From positions 106,146,001 through 106,210,000 of the forward strand of contig CM052817.1 in the NCBI GenBank assembly GCA_028534125.1: a stretch of DNA of 64,000 nucleotides. The letters are read 5' to 3'. The notes under the pieces were generated by a model, which was not told where the DNA came from, did not search any database, and saw only the letters and a list, made by a program, of their open reading frames with translations. Each line of letters starts with the position of its first letter. Position 1 is the stretch's first letter. Positions 27,286-39,140 of this stretch are shown here, one piece after another. The DNA is from Lama glama (lineage: Eukaryota). A program made the position numbers and the translations under genes.

Positions 27286-28877
27286 TGGGGCACAGCCCCA
27301 TATCACAATATCTAACTGCTTAACAAGGGTCCAGGGAGATGGCGACTTGGATGCTTAACAAAAGAAAGTGCCCAGTTTACACAGAAGCCAGAACTACTGT
27401 AATGGAGGGGGAAAAGCTCAAACAAGTGGACATACTAGCATGCAATTAATATTAAACTTTAATTAATATATCAAAATGCAAATAAAAATGACAATGGCTT
27501 CAATGAATAGTTTGGCTGCTAAATAGATGGAGATCTGTGAATATAGCCATTAAATTATAATACTTGTTCAACATCATTAACTTTTCATGCTGTTGTATTG
27601 GTTCTGTGACCTTAGAAATAACATGATTTAACACAATGACCATGGAGACACCGTTTCGTCTCTCGAAATGGAAATCATGTCCCTAGATAGCTATATTTCT
27701 GGATTGGTTGAAATGTTCTTTTCATAATAATCACTATTTGTTACCCATTATTTTGATTAAGTGCCAAGGACTGTTCTCTTTTCATTTAGAGCGTCACAGG
27801 GAAAGTTGTATATTTCTCCAAACACAATCATCATTCATCTCATGATGTGGACAGACTAGGAGCTTTGTCGTGTGTTTATTTAATGAATATTAAGGAATGA
27901 GAGATTAGGAGTGTTTGCTTTTGTTTGTTTTATTTTCCTAATCGTTGGCATTGTAAATTAGTCCACATGGTAGTAAAAGAATGGGACTACATAATGCAAA
28001 ATAAATAGGAAATGGAGTTAACATTGTGTTTGAGCTTTCTCATACACAAATAGATTCATATTTTTGTCACTAAAAATTTAATGCCTATATATTATATAAT
28101 AGTCATAAACATTCATATTAATAGCAGAATCAACATTAAGCTATTTTCTCCTAGTGAATTACTAACAGGTAAATTAGATCAGCATATTTCAATTCAAAAA
28201 TGTGTGCAGGCTTAAAAGTGTGTCATTATCCCTTAAATGATCAGAAACAGAGTTGATTTTGCCAAAAGTGAACATTTATTGCCATCAGATGGCACTTCCC
28301 TAAAGGCAAACTTAATAAGGCTCAATAATATTTATCATAAAAATTATTTTAGCATTAAACAAGTCTCTAAGCACTTCAGAAACTATTTTTCTGAACTAGA
28401 ATAATACAGAGCAAGGTCGCAGATAATTGTTCCTCTTCCACTTTTTTTTTTCTTTTATGCCCAAGTACCTTATCTGATGGAATGGTTTTTATCATTGAAA
28501 TTTTATTGGAAGGGATTTTAAAAATCCTTTCTGGAAACAATAATCCTTATTGCACAGTGTTTGAAAATCTAACCTCTATAAGACTGAGGGCAAATATTAT
28601 GCAAATAAAGACCAAAAGAATGGCTGTGACTGTGAAACCTTCCTTCAAAGACCTTTAGTTGTGCTGAGTTAATACTAAAGGTCTTTGAGAAGCACAGTCT
28701 CCCAATGCATTTAATTCTCCTTTGCGGTACGAGAGGTCAATTGAAATACAGCAGTTGTCCACATAACTACATTAAATAAGTTGGATCTTGTAAGTGTTTT
28801 TCTTGCCATCCAAAGTCACACTGCAGACTCAGTTTAACTATTTAAACTGAACACTTTTCTTTTGTGTCTACCTAGAC

Positions 28878-29058
28878 CAGGGGTGACAAACTACAGGCTG
28901 TGGGCAAAATCCTGCCCCCACCACCTGTCTCTGTAAATAGTTTGATCGGAACACAGTCACACCCACTTGCTCATCACTGTCTAGATCTGCTTTCCCATTA
29001 CAGTGACAGAGCTGAGCGGTTGCAACAGACACCGTATGGCTTGTAAAGCCTAACATAT
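28878..29058. mobile_element. MER58 (hAT-Charlie), first part; continues at 29397-29422 and 33611-33632
   Basis: caggggtgacaaactacaggctgtgggc...gagcggttgcaacagacaccgtatggc...aaagcctaacatat. Confidence 0.85.
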
Positions 29059-29437
29059 AATAAATATGTTTCTAATATTTATAATTATTTATCTTATATA
29101 TTCGTATTCTCTAGGAGAGACTAGCTTAATGCTGATTCTGCTATTAACAGGAGTATATATGTAAACACATAGCTATTAAAATTTGCAAGACAAAAATATG
29201 AATATATTTGCCAGGAGAAACTCAAATACGTGATGTTAACTCTATTCCCATATATTCTACATTATCTAATCCTATTCTTGTAATCCCACTGACGAAATTA
29301 CAATACTAATGATTTGAAAAAACATAAATTAAATATATACATAAATATACAAATTAAACTCAATATGTAAAATAAATGTACATAAAGTAGATAAAGTATT
29401 ATCTGGTCCTTTATCTAAAAAGTCTTCTGAACTCTTA

Positions 29438-32400
29438 AGGGTTCAAGATGGCAGTGCTGGAAGATTCTGCCCTCACGTCGCCCACAGACACAACAAATTC
29501 CAAATCTCTATCACACAACAAACTTGAAATCTCCATCTGGAACTACTTCCTCAGAAGGGGACTTGAAAACTGAATCACAGAGTCTGCACAACACAGGTTT
29601 AAAGTGCAGCATCGAAATGGGCAGGAGAGGCAGAGATGTGATCTGGCAGATAAAAACCGAACCCTAACTTTGGCAGTTCACACTTGGGAGGGACCACAGT
29701 GGCACAGATATTTTCCCTAAGGAACGAGGGGTTCGAGCTCCACATCGGGCGCCCCAAGCCCTGAATCCTGTGCAGGGGAGATGCACCTTCCCAAACAGCT
29801 GACTTGGAACCACTGGGGAAGACGCCCAAGAAAACGACAGAACTGCAGGAGATGAAAAACGCACTCCTAAAGGTCCTGCATGCAAAGCCACTCAGCCTGA
29901 AACCAGCACAAAACCCCAGGCTGGCAAGACTGTGTGCACACTGTAGATGAAGGGGGCCTAGGGACTGGTCTACAAACTGTCTGCTGGAGAAGCAGGAACC
30001 AGTCGGGATGCTGCCTGGGGACTGAGACACTGATGCGAGCTATTTTTGCAATCTCAGGCTGCCTTGCTAACACCAGCACTGGCGGGTGCCATCATGAAGT
30101 TCTCTATCCTGCTAGCACCAGGGTGTGCATGCGCCCTACTGAAAGCCCCACTCACCCAGGTGTTGGCAGGGCCTCGCAGCCACCCAACAGACAGCCCCAC
30201 CCACTAGTGCCTGCAGCTGAAGCCAGGACCAGCAACTGTCCAGGGACCAGCCCCCGCTACCAGCTTGTTGGAATAGCCATGAAAGGGCCCCACAGCCAAT
30301 CCTGGGGTCAACCCTGCTGTCCAGTGCACCCTGGTAGCCACAGCCAGTCATCACAAGTCTGAGGCCAGCCTCTCCCAGAAGCACACTGTACCAGCCACAG
30401 CTGATCAATACAACACAATACATTAGACCCAATAGGCTTAATATATACAGAACATTCCATCCAAAAGCAGGAGAGCATTATTCTTTTCAATGCACATGGA
30501 CAGTTCTCTCAGGATAGATCACAACTTAAGTCATAAAACAAGTCTCAATAAATTAAGAAAAATTGAAGTCACATCAAGCATCTTCTCTGACCACAATGAT
30601 ATGAAATGAGAATCACTCACAAGCAAAAAAAGAAAAAAGAAACCAACAAAACACAAGAACATGGAGATTAAACAACCTGCTACTGAACAACCAATGGTCA
30701 TTGAAGAAATCAAAGGAAAAATTAAAAACTGCCTAGAGAAAAATGAAAACAAAAATACAACATACCAAAATCTATGAGATGTGGCAAAAATGGTTCTAAG
30801 AGGAAAGTTCATAACAATACAGGCATATCTAAAGAAACATAAAATTTTCAAATAAAGAACATAAGTTTAAACCTAAGAGAAATAGAAAAAGAACAAACCA
30901 AAGTCCAAGACTGAATCATGAAGAAAGAGAAAAATCTGAATATACTGATTACTAGTGAGGAGATTGAAAAAGTAACCAAAAATCTCCCAACAAAAGGTCA
31001 GGACCAGATGGCTTCACTGGTGAATTCTACCAAATATTCAAAGAAGATTCAATACCTGTCTTTCTCAAACTCTTCCAAAAAATTGAAGGGGTGGGAATCA
31101 GCATTACCCTGATACCACAACCAGACAAGACACCACAAAAAAAAAAAAAAAGAAAAGAAAATTATAGGCCAATACCCTTGATCAACATAAAATCTTTGAT
31201 GAAGTGTTAGTGAACTGAAACCAACAATATAGTAAATGGATCAAACACCACAATCAAGTAAGATTTATTACAGAAATGTAAGATGGTTCAACATCTGCAA
31301 ATCAATTAATATGATATACCATATCAACAAAATAAAGGATAAAAATTATATGATCATCTTAATAGATGCAGGGAAAGCATTTGACAAAATTCAACATTCA
31401 TTTATGATAACAAACTCTCAACAAAGCGGGTATAGAAAGGATATATCTCAACATAACAAAGGCCATGTAGGACAAACTCACAACTAACACCATGCTGAAA
31501 GGTAAAAATTTGAAATTTTTTCTTTTGAGATTCAGAATAAGATAAGGATGGCTACTCTTACTACTTTTATTCAACATAGCATTGTAATTCCTAGCCACAG
31601 CGACTAGGCAAGAAAAAGAAATAAAAGGCATACAAATCAGAGAGAAAGGTAAAACTGTTACTATTTGCAGATGACATGGTACTATATACAGAGAACCCTA
31701 AAGACTACCAAAAAAACAACTGTTGAAACTAATAAATTAATTCAGTAAAGTCACAGGATACAAAATCAGTATATAGAAATCTGTGGTATTCCTATACATT
31801 AATTAATGAGAAAGAGAAATTAAAAAAACAATATGATTTACAAGGCTTAGAAAAAAATGCCTAAGAATAGATTTAACCAACAAGGTTAAAGATCTGTACA
31901 CTAAAAACTGTAAGACACTGATAAAAGAAATTGAAGAGGACACGAATGTAAAGACAGTCCGTGTTTATGGATTGGAAGAACTCATATTATTTAAATGTCT
32001 ATATTATCCAAAGCAATCTACACATTCAATGCAATTCCTATCAAAACTCCTGTGATGTAATTTCATAGAAATAAAACAGTTTTAAAATGCGTACAGTAGC
32101 ACAAAAAAAATTTTTAATCTTTTTTACAAAAGCTTCTAAAGAATAAAGATGGAGGTATCACACTTCCTAATTTCAAACTGTTCTACAAAGCTATAAAAAT
32201 CAAAATGGTATGCTACTGGCACAAGAACAGACACACAAATCAATGGAACAGAATTGAGAGCCTAGAAATAAACCCATACATACATGGACAATTAATTTAC
32301 AACAAAGGCACAAAGGACATACAATGGAGAAAGGACAGTCTCTCCAATAAATGGTGTTGGGAAAATTGGACAGATACATATGAAAAAGCAAAACTAGACC

Positions 32401-33616
32401 ACTGTCTTACACCCTATACAAAAATTAACTCAAAATGAATTGAAGACTTAAATGTAAGAACTGAAACCATGAAATTCCTAGAAGCGAATGTATGCAGTAA
32501 CCTCACTGACATTGCAAGGATATTAGCAATGTTTTTGTGGATCTGATTTCAAAGGTAGGGGAAACAAAAGCAAAAACATAAACAAATGGAATTACATCAA
32601 ACTAAAAAGCTTCTGCACAGCAAGAGACACCATCACAAAAACAAAAAGGCAACCCACTGAATGGGAGAAGATATTTACAAATTCCGTATCTCATAAGGTG
32701 TTAATATTCAACATACATAAAGAACTCACACAACTCAGAAACAACAAAAATCAATTCAATTAAAAACTGGGCACAGTATGTGAATAGACTTTATTTTTCC
32801 AAAGAAGACATACAAATGGACAACAGACAGGTGAAAAAATGTCCAAGGGCACAAATTATTAGGGAAATGCAAGTCAATACCACAAAGAGATATCACCTCA
32901 TACCTGGTAGAACGGCTGTTATTGAAAAGACAAGGAATAGCAAATGTTGGAAAGGATGTGAAGAAAGAGAAACTCTTGTACACTGCTGGTGGGAATGCAA
33001 ATTGGTGGAGCCAGTATGGAAAACAGTATGGAGGTTCCTCAACAAATTAAAAATAGAACTACTATAACCCATCTATTCCACTTCTGAGTATTATCCAAAG
33101 AACACAAAAATACTAATTTAGAAAGATATATGCACCCCTATGTTCATTGCAGCATAATTTGCAATAGCCAAGATACGGAAACAATCTAAGTGTCTGTAGA
33201 TGAATGCCTGGATAAATAAGATGTGGTGTATATACACAATGTACTATCATTCTGTCATTAAAAAAAAATAATGAAATCTTGCCATTTGTGACAACATGGC
33301 TGGATCTTGAAGGTATTATGTTAAGTGAAATGTCAGAGGAAGAAAGACAAATACCGTATGATTTCACTTGGAAGTGGAATCTAAAAAACCAACAAAATAA
33401 ATGAACAAACAAAATAAACAAAAGAAAATGCAGAGATGTGGAGATCAGATTAGTGGTACCAGGGGGGAGTGAAGTTGGGAGGTGGGCAAAAATGGGTGAA
33501 AGGAACTCAACTGTATGATGATGGATGATATCCAGACCTGTGGTGGTGACCAGTTTGTAGTGGGAACAGGTGTCAAATTATACTACTGTTCACCTGAAAT
33601 ATACAATTAATAAAAA
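29438..33616 (+). mobile_element. Internally deleted L1 retaining 5'UTR, decayed ORF2 and 3'UTR
   Basis: CAAGATGGC at 29444-29452; GC-richer 5'UTR to ~30405; ORF2 remnants ([17 protein letters not shown]...[34 protein letters not shown]); AATAAA at 33609-33614. Confidence 0.95.
29444..29452 (+). promoter_or_regulatory. YY1-type motif at the L1 5' end
   Basis: CAAGATGGC within the first ~15 nt of the L1 5'UTR, its usual position. Confidence 0.6.
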
Positions 33617-34554
33617 GGGTTTGCCAATCCAGTTTAGACCATTCATAAACAGTGTTGAAAGTAAAAATTATAGACATAATCAAAACCAAAAATCTAATCT
33701 TTCAACACTTTACAAAATCCCAGGAAAGAACTAAAACTTTTAACTTGTTTAGTATTTTATTTCAACATGTTTTGTGATAATAAAGCTGAGAAAATTCAAA
33801 AACCATGTTTCTGTTTTACATAATCAGTATCTAAATGTATTGTGGTATTTTATCCTTTACACTCAAATTGTGAAGTTTCTTTTACTTGAAACGTGACCCT
33901 TTAGACATTTCGTATAAAACATACATAAGCATAAATCTTAGAAAAATATATAGAAGTCATCTTATTCATCTTAATTGGAATTTTATGTATGTAAAAAATT
34001 AAACAGTGCAAGTCAGAAAGTGGTACTCTTGAAACAACTAATTTGACACACATTATTTTTGATCCAAAACTTAATGTTTAATTTTTATCAGGAGATATTT
34101 CCTTTGGGGGATTTGACATGGTCACATGCAGATCTGGAGAGAAACGTCGTTTACAGCTAAGAATTTTCAGAGTTTAGCATTATGCTATTTATAGTAATGT
34201 TTGTTGCTTAATGCTATAAATTTGCAACACAAAATACATTCCTCCATTTCTAAAAATCAATACTAAGTTAGAAAAAGTTAAATTCACCATTATTAATGAA
34301 AATTCCTCATGCCCGAAGATGATTTTAAGTGACTTAATTTCAAATTACTCTTCTGATACATAGATTACTTTTTAAAATATATTGCAGAACATATACCATT
34401 CTTTATTTAAAATTTTTGGAATGTCTTTTTATGGATTAAATCATATAGACCCATAATAATTAGAGAACAATGACTATCCCATAAACTATGAGAAACGGGA
34501 CGGAAGTCGAAGGCCAGTTAGTGGGAATGATCACTTCCTTTTTTCCCCTCCAGT

Positions 34555-34670
34555 TCATTTCAATTAACTAATGTTGATAAAGAACCCACTGATGTCAGGC
34601 ACTGCATTAATTAGAGATGTAGTGATTAATAAATCATAGTCATGACTACCCGAGCCTTTCACTGTATTTT
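34555..34670 (-). mobile_element. L2 3' end fragment
   Basis: gaacccactgatgtcaggcactgcatta...gagatgtagtgattaataaatcatagtc. Confidence 0.55.
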
Positions 34671-34802
34671 AAATATGAGAAATTGGCTTACATTGTTGTA
34701 CTGTAACAGGTCTATAAATAATAACGTATCCTGGAAAATATGGCAACTGAGGGCTTGGCTTCTCCAGAAGAATACTGGCAGCATGCAATATTCATTTAAT
34801 TT

Positions 34803-34897
34803 AAATATCGAATAGTTTCATTATTATGTATATATAATGCATGTATGTATTATGTATAGTAGTTTCAGCATTATGTTGTGATGCCTTATGCAACTTA
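34803..34897 (+). repeat. Local direct repeat, copy 1
   Basis: Similar to 36002-36110; shared core cattatgttgtgatgcct(t)atgcaactta. Confidence 0.85.
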
Positions 34898-36001
34898 CTA
34901 AGTTAATAAGTATCAAATATCAAATTAATTCTCTGAATTCAAAACTACAATGATTCCATTGTATTATATATATATATTATATATATAATTGTCCTTTCTA
35001 TATCTGGACTCATGTTTCAGCATCTTATGCATGAAACAAAAGGCTTTCCCTTCCTCAGTAACTGCAATAAATACAGAGAAATAAAGAGAAGACACACCCA
35101 ACATTTTTAGAGCACACATAAGTTAGAATTGATTCAATATCTGTGAATGTGTATAAAACTTGTAGATCACACTTATGCAAATACTTAGGCATTATCATTC
35201 TTAAGACACATGTTAGATTCTCCACACCATGAACATGTATGGACCACTTCAGCTACATTTTATTCAGAACCAAACATATGAAATTTTGTTCTTTACCCCA
35301 TTTTATATACTCATCAATTCCCCTTTCCTCTTATCTTTCTCCTTCCATCACAGAAAAAAAATTATTCCTGTATTTCTAGGTGCAAAATCATTAATTTATG
35401 AGCAAGACTGCCGACAACAATCTAAGCTCTAAAGTTTTTCTGTAGAGAATTTCATTTCTGAAAAGAATTCTGATACCAGCTACTAAGTTCATAAAATTCC
35501 CATTCCTATAATTACTAAATGTAGACAGTGCACTGTTCTATGAGATGCATAATAAAGGAAGCTTGTTACTTATGGAAGAAACATGTTAGCTGTTTTCTGA
35601 AGGCTAATCAGATACTGTACACTTACTTGAACACACTTAACACTCAGGAAACCATGATGTTTATTACACAATCCTTAGCAAAGAACAGACACGTTCATAC
35701 AACATCTCCTCTGACTTGATAAAGTCCCAGCTCTCTGGTCTTTTGGATGCCCTGACCATACCTGGAGTGTAAGGTTCACTAGAGACAGAAAACAACACAG
35801 CAGAGATAGGATTATGGGATTTCTCACAGCATCAGGCAATTAGAAATCCTTCTGAACCAATGGCCGGCCAGGATGACTCAAAGTCAGTTGGTGGTAGCAT
35901 CCAGGAAGAGAATTAATCTAGGTGCAGTTTTCTCAGAACTTTATGGCCCAGAGCTTTCTTAGTATCATGGTAATTTTTTGTTGGATTTCCTAAGCCAAAA
36001 T

Positions 36002-36110
36002 AAGTATCTCATAGTTTTATTATTATGTATATATTATGTATGTATAGATTATGCATTTACACATTATATATAGTCCTTCCCACATTATGTTGTGATGCCT
36101 ATGCAACTTA
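36002..36110 (+). repeat. Local direct repeat, copy 2
   Basis: Similar to 34803-34897. Confidence 0.85.
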
Positions 36111-37572
36111 AGTATTTACACCCTCACAACTTAGCGTTTATTTGGTGAACATTAGAATCCAGTTAGACATTGACACCCTTATTCCTTGTTCCACATTGCT
36201 TCTCATGACACTTGTTTTTTATTATAGCAACTGATGGGAAAACAGCTTTATAAGGATATGACACAAGCATTGCACCCAAGAACTTAAGTTACAGCAGTGA
36301 AACAAAGTAATCTTATTCGATTTACTTTTGAAGGTTTATCTTTTTTTAAAAAAAAAGTGTGCATTTTGTTCTAGTGTAATTAATTGAATTTGGACTAGAG
36401 TTAATCTGTTTTTACATTTCCGATATTTAGATTTAGACTTATTTTTAACCGGCCCACGACCAACAATATCAGCAATATTTGTTCATAAATTAATAGTACT
36501 CTTTAAATTATTTTCTTTTTTTAGTGCATATTTTCCAGGAAAATTCTCCTCATCATGAAAGCACTAGTTTCAGTGGGAGAATTTTTATTTAAATTTGGGT
36601 ATTTCTAGTGCACAATTTCTATTTGCCTTTTTTTTTCACTTATACAGATTCTATATACAAGACATAATAATATTCATTAATTGAAACAGACAAATCTCAT
36701 CATTTTACATTCAAAACAAATGCTGAGAGCCTATATAATCGTTAAACAGACAAAAGCCAAGGAAACAACTTTTTCTTATCAAAATATCGTATAATACTTC
36801 ATGACTGCCTTTTGGATTTCTTTTTTTGTCTCAGTGAACATTTTTCTTTTTGTTGTCCTTATCACCTGGTCTACTCTGAGACTTGAAATCAAGTACCCAG
36901 CAGCTGTTTTCCCAAAGGTTTCACCAGCAGTATTGAAAGATTTGGGATAGCCCTCTTTCTTCAAGATTCCAAACATTGTGAGGGTTCCTGGCTTTACAGG
37001 AAATGAAATTTTTACCACCCATAGGACAGGTAATCCCCAAGGCACAGAACAGGTACAAGTTTGAATAGAACTTTACAGACACTATAAAATGATGCCTTAA
37101 AATACTTAATTGAATGCAATTTATCTTTTAGTGTTGTACTTCCATCATCTTCAGTTTTATACACCCTGTTTATGTGATGATAGCCTGGTATGGAGGACAG
37201 CTGATTTATGCTGATTTGTGCAAGCAGCTGTAGTTACATGAAAACAAAGTAACTATAAAATACCTGACAATCATTCTGAGTAGTTTTGCAAACAAGTTCA
37301 TCAACGCATGTATCATATTTTTGACACCCTCACTATGAACTCTGGCAATGGCATTGTCTGCAAATAACAATTTGATTTTTCACAAGTGTGTTACAATTAG
37401 AATTAGGAAAATTTAACCCAATGCATTTTATTGAAGGACAACAATGGTTTTTCTAAATGTAGCTCTTATTACAAGAACTTGCAAAATTGAGGATTGCAGG
37501 TTAAAAAGGAAAGGAAAAGGACCTTTACCGTATGCCTATTGGAAAATAAAATATTTTAAATAATACCTCTTG

Positions 37573-37917
37573 ACACAAATGAACTTATTTACAAAACAGA
37601 AAGAGACTCACAGACATAGAAAACAAACTTACGGTTACCAGGGGATAAAGGGGTTGGAAGGGATAAATTGGAAGTTTGAGAATTGCAGACACTAACTACT
37701 TTATGTAAAATAAACAAGTTCCTACTGTATAGCAAGGGAACCATATTCAATATTCTGCAGTAACATATAATGAAAAAATATGAAAACAAATATATGTTTA
37801 TATACGTATATGACTAAAATATTACGGTGTATACCAGAAATTGACAGAACTTTGTAAACTGACTATACTTCGACTAAAAATAAATAAATAAATAAACAAA
37901 TAAAATACTAAAAAAAT
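37573..37917 (+). mobile_element. L1 3' end
   Basis: aatgaacttatttacaaaacagaaagagactcacagacatagaaaacaaac...actgactatacttc plus (AAAT)n tail. Confidence 0.95.
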
Positions 37918-38925
37918 GCTATTCCTTGATGTTTCTTCTAGTCTTTGACTTCTAATTCATGGCAGGATATTGAGGCTAGTGGTAGAGAAGAGGGGAAGTC
38001 GTCAGATGATGACAAGACTGAAGGGTTCAGTTAATTTCCCAGTAACAGTGGTAGAGAAGGGGGAGTGTGAAATTGCCTGTTGGGGGTGTAAGATGAGGCC
38101 ATAATAACAACCATTTCATAAATACGCAGAAGGCTTCATGACAGTGCGTACATAGGGGGCCACACAATCCATCTGTAAAAACAGTATGTGTGTGCAGATA
38201 TTAGGAGGTTAAACTTCTCTTTAGATCTAGGAAACACATTGTTGGGTTATTTTTTCCTCACTTTTAAGCTAAGTACTTATTCCTAAGTAATGCAAAGACA
38301 GCATGAAAGGCAAGTGACCCTTTGAAGAGTGCACCTTGGAGTTGAACAAAGCAAAATCTCTACTATTCACATAAACTATACAGAAAACAAAAGTTCACTT
38401 TTCTGTTTATGAGAAGAAAATGTTTACCCAAATAACATGCTGTAATGAGCTCCCAGGGTTCTCCACTCTATTAAATGTAAACTTCTCTGTTTTAGAGAAA
38501 CTAACATATGCCTTAATATATCTGTTAACTCCACACATGTACTTACAGCCAAGTAATTAATAGTAGATATCATTTTAAACTTTAATTACAGAATTCTAAA
38601 CAGGTTCTTTCAAGAGATGTTTTATAACCATATCTGTTTAATACAGCTATTTTACCTTGAATGTTATGAAGAACTAACATATCTGCGTAGAGACAAGGTC
38701 GCAAAGATAACAATGGTTTTATGGTGACAGTATTTTTTTCATCTATTCATTTAAATTCTTTAAAAGTATTGCTAATTAGTAACTTCACATAATGTTAGTT
38801 CAACTACCTACAGTCCAGTCGATAAAGTATATTACCACAGAACTAATACACTATTTTTTATAATATTACCTTTGTTTCCATGGTTCCCTTATATGCATTT
38901 TATAATCTTTTTACTATCTTAGGTA

Positions 38926-39140
38926 TTTTTCTTCCAATTTTATTGATGTACAATTGGTATACAGCACTGCATAAGTTTAAGATGTACAGCATAATGATTT
39001 GACTTACATCATGAAATGGCCACAGTAAGTTTAGTGAACATCTATTATCTCATCATTTGCAACTATTTCCTCCCAGTCCATAGGTTGTCTTTTCATTTTG
39101 TTTATGGTTTTCTTTGCTATGCAAAAGCTTATTGTTAGAT
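38926..39140 (-). mobile_element. L1 3' terminus joined to an internal ORF2 piece
   Basis: 38926-39053 is an L1 3' end; 39054-39140 (tttgcaactatttcctcccagtccataggttgtcttttcattttg...gcaaaagctt) is antisense ORF2. Confidence 0.75.

Noticed and set aside
29599..30432. Overlapping ORFs up to 143 aa
   Set aside because: Stop-poor GC-rich L1 5'UTR; no ORF1-like or other recognisable protein
36779..37045. 88-aa minus-strand ORF containing GYPKSF (hemopexin-like motif)
   Set aside because: Only a few residues match, the surrounding repeat pattern is absent, and splice sites are weak
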